From: Octopus sinensis
Taxonomy: Eukaryota
DNA length: 19,206 nt
Direction of reading: 5' to 3'
NCBI RefSeq assembly: GCF_006345805.1
Contig: NW_021824287.1
Location: forward strand, 1 to 19,206
Of this stretch, positions 10,800 through 19,206 are shown piece by piece (the stretch's first letter is position 1; each line of letters begins with the position of its first letter). Made by a program: the position numbers and the translations under genes. The notes beneath the pieces are model-generated. The model saw nothing but the letters and a program-made list of their open reading frames with translations, did no database searches and was not told the origin of the DNA.

Positions 10800-10948
10800 G
10801 TCTGTCTGTCTGTCTGTCTACATGCCTGCCTGTCAGCCTATCTGTCTATCCATCCATCCATCCATCCATGCAGCCAACCAGCCAGCCAACCAGCCAGCCA
10901 ACCAGCCAGCCAGCAAACCATCTGTCTGTCTGTCTGTGTCTGTCCGTC

Positions 10949-11033
<85 letters not shown>

Positions 11034-11035
11034 CT
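10700..11035 (+). repeat. Tetranucleotide mosaic (CTAT)-(CTGT)-(CCAT)-(CAGC/CAAC)-(CTGT)-(CTAT)
   Basis: Directly visible. Confidence 0.95.
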
Positions 11036-11496
11036 TGGCCTGTCTTTTTGCCTATCCATGTAGGTGCCCATCTCTCTCTCTCTCTCTCCCTGTCCAGCGT
11101 ATATGCAAGGAATATAAGACCACCGTCTACAATTTATAAGCAATGGCATTAAACGAAAGAGATTCGAGCATTATATCCCTTTCGTCTGAAAGACCATGCC
11201 GAGCAACAGCTCTCAACCGGGGTCCATATGGCTCCTGAAGGCCCATATAAGATTTTTGGGGTCTACACAACAAAATAATAGATTAGGGTTCCAGCATAAC
11301 AGTTTAAGGGCCCTAAAAAAAGTTTTGCTTTTGATGTATGTATTGGTATTTATTGCAAGAAACAGCCCAGTTTATTTCTCTGTTCAACCTACACAGGTTT
11401 ATGTGTGAAAAACAAAATAGGAATTTTGAAAGAAGATTCTATAAAACTAGTTTTTAGGCATCGAATGGCGATAAAGAGTCTACCAGAATAAAGCAG

Positions 11497-12426
11497 TACC
11501 GTAAATCCTCGAGTATAATCCGCATTCCTCCCTCCCAAATTTAAAGGTCAAAATCCCTAGTGCGTACTATATACGAGGTTAAAAATGAAAATTATTTTCT
11601 AAGCAATCTCCGAGTCTCTATTTGCTGTCCGGCAATATTTATTCAGACGCATTTTGTGATGTCGGGCGTGAAAATATCTTAAGCTAAGCCTGAAAGCAAT
11701 GAAGTCATAAAAGAATCATCCATAATTTGCAGTAAGCAACGTTTATTAAACGTTATTACTGTCATTTCTTTATTTTCTGCAAACGAAATGCACAATAAAG
11801 CTACACGTTTGCATTATGTTATATATACAATAATAATAAAGGACATCACCATATACAGTTTTACAAACCAAGGATGTTATATAGACCTCCTTGACTCAAG
11901 TTAGAGAAGGGTGCGTATTATACACAAGGTTTAGGTTTTTCAGCGGTACAGCCCCCTAAAAATCCCTTGCGTATTATACTCAAGGGCAGACTACACTCTC
12001 TCTCTTTACTCTTTTTCTTGTTTCAGTCATTTGACTGCGGCCATGCTGGAGCACCGCCTTTAGTCGAGCAAATCGACCCCGGGACTTATTCTTTGTAAGC
12101 CCAGTACTTATTCTATCGGTATCTTTTGCCGAACCGCTAAGTGACGGGGACGTAAACACACCAGCATCGGTTGTCAAGCAATGCTAGGGAAACAAACACA
12201 GACACACAAACACATACACACACTTATATATATACATATATACGACAGGCTTCTTTCAGTTTCCGTCTACCAAATCCACTCACAAGGCTTTGGTCGGCCC
12301 GATGCTATAGCAGAAGACACTTGCCCAAGATGCCACGCAGTGGGCCTGAACCCGGAACCATGTGGTTGGTAAGCAAGCTACTTACCACACAGCCACTCCT
12401 ACGCCTATACTCGAGGATTTACGGTA
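11497..12426. mobile_element. Non-autonomous Tc1/mariner-superfamily (Tc2/pogo-like) MITE with TA target duplication
   Basis: Perfect 21-nt inverted ends including TA: taccgtaaatcctcgagtata (11497-11517) / tatactcgaggatttacggta (12406-12426). TIR-like internal 18-mers tgcgta(c/t)tata(t/c)(a/t)c(g/a)agg at 11561, 11912 and 11968. A CCGTA start is typical of Tc2-group TIRs. No transposase ORF. Confidence 0.85.
11999..12405 (-). mobile_element. Full-length CORE-like SINE (family A) inserted in the MITE right end, 7-bp TSD
   Basis: A box at 12385-12395, B box at 12342-12352, CORE-like motif at 12314-12329, internal CA/TA microsatellite, tail at 11999-12020. TSD tacactc (11992-11998) / tatactc (12406-12412). 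Confidence 0.92.
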
Positions 12427-12684
12427 ATCAAAGCGGACCATAGAAAGAAAGTGATTGGGAGCCCCTGATGTATGGTGGTGCATTGCTTCATCAGATGAGG
12501 AAAGAAAAGGAAAGAAGAGAGCGAGAAAGAGGTAGATAGATAGAGAGAGAGAGAGAGAAGGAGTGAGAGAGAGGGAGATGTGGTGTGGTAGGTGAATATG
12601 TATACAATTGATATTTTGATGGAGTGGGTGTGATAAAGTATTTTAGATTGTAACAGATGAGAATCAACGAATGGAGCAGGTGGA

Positions 12685-12740
12685 AGAGTGATGGTGTTGA
12701 TGGTGGTGGAGGTAGTAGTGGTGGTGCGATGATGGTAGTG

Positions 12741-12775
<35 letters not shown>

Positions 12776-13365
12776 TTTTGTTGTAGTATTGGCAGTGGTG
12801 TCTGCAATAGTGGTGACGGTGATTGTGTTTGTGTAATGTGCTGGTGGTGGTAATATTAGAGTAGGTGGTGGTGGTGGTGGTGGTGGTATTAGTTGTGGTA
12901 TGGTGTTGTTTGTAGTTGTGTTGGTAGTGGTGATGCTACTAGTATAGGTGGTGATGGTCATATTGGCGCTGATGGTGATGATGATATTGTATGTAGTGCT
13001 GTTGTTGTTGTTGTTGTTGTTGTGGTGGTGGTGGTGACAGTGCTGGTAGTGATGGTGTTGGAGTGGTGTAGTGTTTGCTTCTAGGTTGGGATTAGGGTAG
13101 TATTGGTGGTGGTGGCGTTGCTAACGTAAGGTATTGGAGACGGTAACGGTGGTTGTAGAGCCACTCGTGTTACTGACGATGATGATGATGATGATGATGA
13201 TGGTTGTGGTGGTGGTGATAATGGTGATAATGATGATGGTTATGGTGATGATGGTGATGATGAAGATGATGATGATGGTGGTGGTGATGATGATTGTGGT
13301 GGTGGTGGTGATGAGGATAATGAGAACGATGATGGTGATGATAATGATGATGAGGATGATGCTGC

Positions 13366-13420
<55 letters not shown>

Positions 13421-13536
13421 GATAATGATGATGATGATGATGATGATTATGATGATGGTGATGATGGTGATGAAGAAGAAGAAGAAGAAGAAGAAGAAGA
13501 AGAAGAAGAAGAAGAAGAAGAAGAAGAAGAAGAAAA

Positions 13537-13570
<34 letters not shown>

Positions 13571-13625
13571 GTGATGATGGTGATGACGATGGTGATGACG
13601 ACGGTGCTTTGTGATGATGGTTTGC
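12685..13625 (+). repeat. Large G/T-rich trinucleotide mosaic (GGT, GTA, GTT, GAT) with pure (GAA)21 at 13472-13534
   Basis: Directly visible; source of the poly-M/V/K/I/T/H ORFs. Confidence 0.95.
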
Positions 13626-14159
13626 TGATTGTCATTTATTGTCGTTGGCGGTGGTCGTTTCGGCAAATTGATGAACCGAAGAGTGAGACTTTGTGTTTGG
13701 AAGTTTCTAACTAAAGCAAGGCAAAGTGAATTCTGCTTCGTAGGTTCGACTCCGTGTAGTGTAAACAATTTAACTTCGGTTAGAAGCCTTACTTGTGACT
13801 TACTTTTTTTAGTGTTGGGAAAGAAGGGGCTCAGCTGAAACAGGCTAACAAAATTCACAAAACAGAGTGTCTGGGATATTTTTTTACTGATACCAAAGAA
13901 ATAGCTACCAAATTACCCTCAAATATTACTGTATTTTTTAAAAGAAAGAACACTCATGGTAATGTAGTCCACGATGTGTTCTGCTTGAATATGAAACATG
14001 AAGGCCGTGGATGGACTGCAGCAATTCTGATTATAGATCTGACTACCTAACCAGAATTGACTTGGATAAAACAGGGTACGAGCTGACTCCCTAAACTGCA
14101 ATCGCGCTTTTGAAACCGAGGACGATGTAAATAACACTCTTACTATCCGAGAATGTCTA

Positions 14160-14285
14160 ATTCTACCGTCAGTTGCAGCGAACTTCACCTTTAATCCTTT
14201 CGCGTTCGATGAAATAAAGTACCGGTCATGTACTGGGGTAGATGTAATCAGCTTGTCCTCTCCTCACGTTTCGAAATTGCTCGGC
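14160..14285 (+). mobile_element. SINE family M (MetaSINE-like), copy 4
   Basis: aacttcacctttaatcctttcgcgttcgatgaaataaagtaccggtcatgtactggggtagatgtaatc is colinear with 2398-2470. Confidence 0.65.
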
Positions 14286-14504
14286 TTTTAGCCCTGTAAC
14301 GGATCGGCGTCCCATTCAGTGGAAATGTGATTTCGGCCACTTATATGCCATAGAAATCGAGCAACCGGCTTTTTGAATCGTTGGGTTTAACAAAAAAGTA
14401 ATTTTTATCTAAAACAGTAGGAAGTGATTTGAGGGAGTTGTGGTTGTAGTTGCCATTTCTAGCAATTCGAGCGATCACGTAGGGGCTTCGTCATATGGCT
14501 CCTA

Positions 14505-14725
14505 GTGTGGTGTGGTGTAGTTTTGCTGTGTTGTGAGGGGATGTGCTAGCGTGGAGCGGTGTGTGGAGTGGTATGTGGGGTGTGTAGCCTGGAGTGGTGT
14601 GTGTGGTTTTGGGTAGCGTGACATAGTGTAGTGTCGTGTCGTGTGGTGCAGTATGATGCAGTGTGATGCAGTATAGTGCAACGGTGTGATGTGGTGTTAA
14701 GAGGTGCTGTGTAGTGTGAGGTGAC
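14505..14725 (+). repeat. Degenerate pentameric (GTGTR/GTGCA) G/T-rich repeat
   Basis: gtgtggtgtggtgtag...gtgtagtgtcgtgtcgtgtggtgcagtatgatgcagtgtgatgcag. Confidence 0.7.
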
Positions 14726-15195
14726 TATATCAAGTCCCTATTATGCATGGAGGGAAAATGGCGGCTGATAATTGATAAAAACAATCGAGACTTCAAGACT
14801 AAATGATGGATTGAACTAATATTACCTTACAGCCACATACAGTCACACATTCACGCTCTCACACACTCATACACAAACTTACACATAAAGACAAACATGC
14901 GCAGATATACACACACATGCATATGTATACAGACATTTAGACACACTCACACATTCATACACAAATATATACACACACAAATGCACTGACAAATGCGCAT
15001 ACATTATGTCTCATTCGTATTCTTTCTCAATTTCCGCCATTTTCACTCTCTCTGCTTTTTACTCACTCTCACTCCTCTCCCCTTTCTCTCTCTCTCTTCT
15101 CTCTCTCTTGAATTACTCCGTCTTCGTCATAGTCTTTCACTTCTCTATACACAACACCGCACACTTTCTGTTTCGTTCTCTCTTTGTGAATATCG

Positions 15196-15330
15196 ACATC
15201 ATCATCATCATCGCCATCATCATCCTTATCATGATGTTCATCATCCCACCACCACCACCATCATCATCGTCATCATTATCATCACCACCACCACCACTAC
15301 CACCACCACCACCACCACCACCATCACCAC

Positions 15331-15361
<31 letters not shown>

Positions 15362-15510
15362 GTCGTCGTCGTCGTCGTCGCCGTCGTCATCATCATCGTC
15401 ATCACTATCTTGCCTTCGTCCTTGCATTTCCATCTTTGTTCCACCAGTCCAACATTCGCACATTTTCGGTCACCTCCCCACTCTTCGTTATTATCATTTA
15501 ACTTATGAAT

Positions 15511-15555
<45 letters not shown>

Positions 15556-15938
15556 GTCTTCATTATTACCGCCATCAACATGATGGTTACCATGGAACAC
15601 CCGCCATACACACTGGAGATATAACGCATACACACACGCACACAGACACACAGACGCACCAAAGCACACAGACAGACACAAACTCACACACACGCACACA
15701 TACACACACATATACATACACTGCTAACAACAAATAAACAAACAAACAATAAACACGAAGATGATGACGTCGCGACGGCGACGACGACGACCACCACCAC
15801 CACCATCACTACAACATCAACCACCACAGCCGCCCCCGTGGCAGCCACCACCACCGCCGCCATCACCCCACCCCATCACCTCTCCAGCTCCACTACCACC
15901 ACATCTACTACTACTACTGCTGCTGCTGTTACTACTAG

Positions 15939-15980
<42 letters not shown>

Positions 15981-15982
15981 AA
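15196..15982 (+). repeat. C/A-rich trinucleotide mosaic (CAT, CAC, CGT, GAC, TAC) with an intervening (CA)n tract
   Basis: Directly visible. Confidence 0.95.
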
Positions 15983-16394
15983 AGGAAAGCAGGAGTGGCA
16001 CCCCCGGCTCTACCTTCTCAGAACCTTAATGAGGATCGTCTATACTTATTTCTACGCACTAGAAATTGATCAATCCAGAGCTAACTGTAGTTTTATGAAT
16101 TTCCGTTAGCTTACTCTCTCTAGTGGCTGCACGATTTAGCGTCTCTTTTCAGCATATAGAGTAGATTTTTCTGAGCCTTTAATTATATATATATATATAT
16201 ATTATATATGTATGTGTGTATATATATATATAATATATATATATATAGATATATGTATATATATATTGATAAAAACGGTGAGATAACAGAAGAAAGAAAG
16301 AGACCTCGATATTGTGTGAATAGAGGAATTTATCTGTAAATGTAATATGTGATAATTATTCGGTAACCAAGGTAAAACTCCGAGTTTCGGATCC

Positions 16395-16545
16395 CCTACC
16401 ACCGTTTGAGCACCGGTATTGTTGTGTTTATGTCTTCGTAACTTAGCAGCTCGGCCAAAGAAATCGATAGAATGTGTTCCATGCTTAACAAAAATAAAAT
16501 AAAATTATAATCGACTGTTTTCGATTTCGTCGACTAAAATTTTTT
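16395..16545 (+). mobile_element. SINE family A, diverged 3' body fragment
   Basis: ttgagcaccggtattgttgtgtttatgtcttcgtaacttagcagctcggccaaagaaatcgatagaat...tgcttaacaaaaataa...tcgactaaaatt is colinear with 165-290. Confidence 0.7.
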
Positions 16546-16584
16546 CATGCCTACAATCTAAAGATTAAAAGGAGTTAACGATAA

Positions 16585-16619
<35 letters not shown>

Positions 16620-16765
16620 CACACACGCACACGCACGCACACAAACTATCTCTCTCTCTCTCTCATACACACACACACACCCGAATTTTACCTTTTAACT
16701 TGAAACTCTCCAAAACCCTTTATGTATTTATTTTTACAATTGTGGAAACCGGTTTGGAATTTGAA

Positions 16766-17910
16766 TACGATATGGTGTCAAAACGTTCCCGGACTAGTTC
16801 TGCAGCATACCAACAGATGGCAGTACATGGTTGCGTGCGCAGCGAGAGCTAGCAGTGACCTACATGAGGCAGTGTGCCATGTGACATCTCTGTGTTTGCT
16901 CCTGCAAGTTGTGAAATTTGTCTTTTTGTGATCACGTGTATACTGTAGATTGCGATTTTGTCATGGACAGGAACAAAGCGCCAACGTGAAATTTTGTGTT
17001 AAACTTGCGATGCTTGCTACAGAGACAGTGAGCATGCTTACGCGACAAGGCAATGGGTCGTATGCAGTGTTTCGAGTGACACAGGCACTTCAAAAAAACA
17101 GGAAGAACGTTCCTGGAAAACGACGAACGAACTGGAAAACCATCCACGAACGTCACCCGCAAAATATGGAAAAAATTTATCAGCTCGAGCTTGGGGATCC
17201 CCGGAGGACAATCAAAGACATTCCTGATGTTGTTGGGCTCTCGTATGGGTCCGTGCATGCAATCCTAACGTCTAAATTGAACATGTGTTGGCGCGTCTCT
17301 ACCAAGTTTGTCCCACATCTGCTGACCATTGAGCAGAAGGAACATCGCGTCGAAATCTGTGAAGATCTCCGTGAGCGTACCGCTGATGACCCATCCTTCG
17401 TGTCGAGCATCATCACCGATGGCAAACGGGGTATTGTGCATCGGAAGTTCGTCTCCTAGGGCCAGGCCACCGATCGAGAGTTCTACTACAACCTTTTGAC
17501 GGGGGACAATCGGCAAAAGCGACAGAATCTGTGGAACGCAAAGAATGAGATTCTTCATGACGAGTGATCTCTCCTCACTCGTGAGTTTTTCGCCAAAAAC
17601 AACATGGTGTCGCTCCAGCGCTTGCCTTATTCGCCAGATTTAGCACCTGCGGACTCTTCCCCAAAATGAAAATGCAGCCCAGAAGTCACCGTTTTAAAAC
17701 CGTTGTCGAGATCCAGGACGAATCACAGAAGGGCCTCGACTCACTTACGGAGAGCGATTTCTAGGCTGGATTCCAAAAGTGGCAGGAACAACACTGGGAC
17801 CCACTGTATTGCTGCGCAAGGTGACTATCTTGAAGGCAATAATGTTAAAACATGGGCAAGTGAGTTATTTTAACATAACTCGTCCGGGAAACTTTTGATA
17901 CCACCTCGTA
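16766..17910 (+). mobile_element. Defective mariner element (irritans-like), both TIRs and TA flanks present
   Basis: Left tacgatatggtgtcaaaacgttcccggactagtt (16766-16799) against the reverse complement of right aactcgtccgggaaacttttgataccacctcgta (17877-17910): 28/34 identical. Transposase remnants lie between them. Confidence 0.93.
16963..17855 (+). pseudogene. Mariner D,D34D transposase pseudogene (frameshifts, stops, internal deletions)
   Basis: EQSANVKFCVKL, CFE*H, RTIKDIPDVVGLSYGSVHAILT (HTH), STKFVPHLLT (WVP-motif equivalent), IITDG, RGIVHRKFV, PYSPDLAPAD (17625-17654), GDYLEG. Confidence 0.92.
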
Positions 17911-18039
17911 AATCTATTACAAAATTTAAAAACGATGACACGTTTTGAGATTCAGGTGCATTTTCAAAATCCAAAACAAAAAAAAGAAAAATGCAATTCT
18001 CTATATATTTTTCCTGCGTGGGAAAACAGTTCTTCTCTC

Positions 18040-18061
18040 CATATATATATATATATATATA

Positions 18062-18112
<51 letters not shown>

Positions 18113-18858
18113 GTATATGTATGTATGTATGTATGTACGTATGTATGTATGTATGTATGTATGTATGTATGTATGTATGTATGTATGTATGTATGTATAT
18201 ATATATATATATATATATGTGCATATATATATGTGTGTTTGTGTGTATGTATATATATGTGTGTATATATGTATTTATATATACATATATATATATATAC
18301 ATATATATATGTACATACATATATATATATACATATAGACGCACATACACACACTCATAGGCATGCGCATACATATACATATATACAATATATTATAAGT
18401 TTACTGACGTATGGAAGATGTGGACGAGCATATTCCCTTGCACAAAATCATACACAAACGTGCACTCACTCACCCATATATAGACACGAATACACTCACA
18501 CACACACACACACACATGTCTATATCTATTTATTTACACCCATGCTGGCCTATCTCCATATATGTAAACTGACAATTACAACACACATACAAACACAAAC
18601 TCACATACACAGACACACACACACACACACACACATAGATACACACGCACATACATACACACGGCAGTCGGTGCTCAATTTGTGCAAGAGAACCCCATTC
18701 CGCCCGTCTGTTGTTAATCCGTTGTTGCCAATTCTTACAGAACTTCTCTTTGAAAACCTTCTCTTAATTGAGGTTCATTTTACTAAAATACATAAATATG
18801 TCACCCAAATTATATGTGTAAATAAACACATGCTTGCGTATTTATATGTATGGTTGTG

Positions 18859-18913
<55 letters not shown>

Positions 18914-19154
18914 TGGTGTGAATGTATATATATATTATACATGTATATACATACATATTACATATATGTGTGTGTATATATTATATAATTAAATGTGTAT
19001 TTATTTATGCATGTATATACATGCATATATATATATATATGCATATATGCATGTATGTTTGTATGTTTACATGCATATTACATATGTAGTATACATGCGT
19101 ATACCTTTGTGGAGATAGAAGCATAGATTCAAAGATATATGTATGTGTATGTAT

Positions 19155-19199
<45 letters not shown>

Positions 19200-19206
19200 T
19201 ATATAT
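18040..19206. repeat. Compound (TA)n/(TATG)n/(CA)n microsatellite field with short unique interruptions
   Basis: Directly visible. Confidence 0.95.

Larger units (their letters stand above)
11204..12467 (+). mobile_element. Non-autonomous hAT (Charlie-like) element interrupted by a Tc2-like MITE
   Basis: Left end caacagctctcaaccggggtcc, right end gattgggagcccctg (10/15 inverted match, both near CAGKGGTTCTCAACC). Sequence joined across 11498/12427 aligns to the independent copy at 871-947. Flanking 8-mers are degenerate (atgccgag / atgtatgg). Confidence 0.65.

Overview
Eukaryotic, AT-rich, repeat-saturated non-coding DNA with no recognisable host gene, rRNA, true tRNA or CRISPR array. The mix of dense di/tri/tetranucleotide microsatellites and tRNA-derived SINE families resembles Octopus (coleoid cephalopod) genomic DNA; this attribution is from recollection of such repeats, not a search. 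Contents: (1) about ten whole or partial copies of one tRNA-headed, CORE-like SINE (family A, ~407 bp, internal TA/CA microsatellite, (GAGTAAAA)n tail), two of them full length (1024-1430, 11999-12405); (2) four copies of a second SINE family with a MetaSINE-like domain and one head of a third; (3) a three-level nest: hAT-like MITE > Tc2/pogo-like MITE with perfect 21-nt ends > full-length SINE (11204-12467), with an in-window second hAT end that reproduces the empty site; (4) a decayed, internally deleted mariner with both TIRs (16766-17910), the only protein-homologous sequence here; (5) an unexplained ~250-bp foldback beside (TA)n (8862-9112); (6) several YY1-type CCGCCATTTT motifs in unique DNA. 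Nearly all ORFs in the supplied track are microsatellite or SINE artefacts. Identities were estimated by eye. I found no convincing new protein-coding system.
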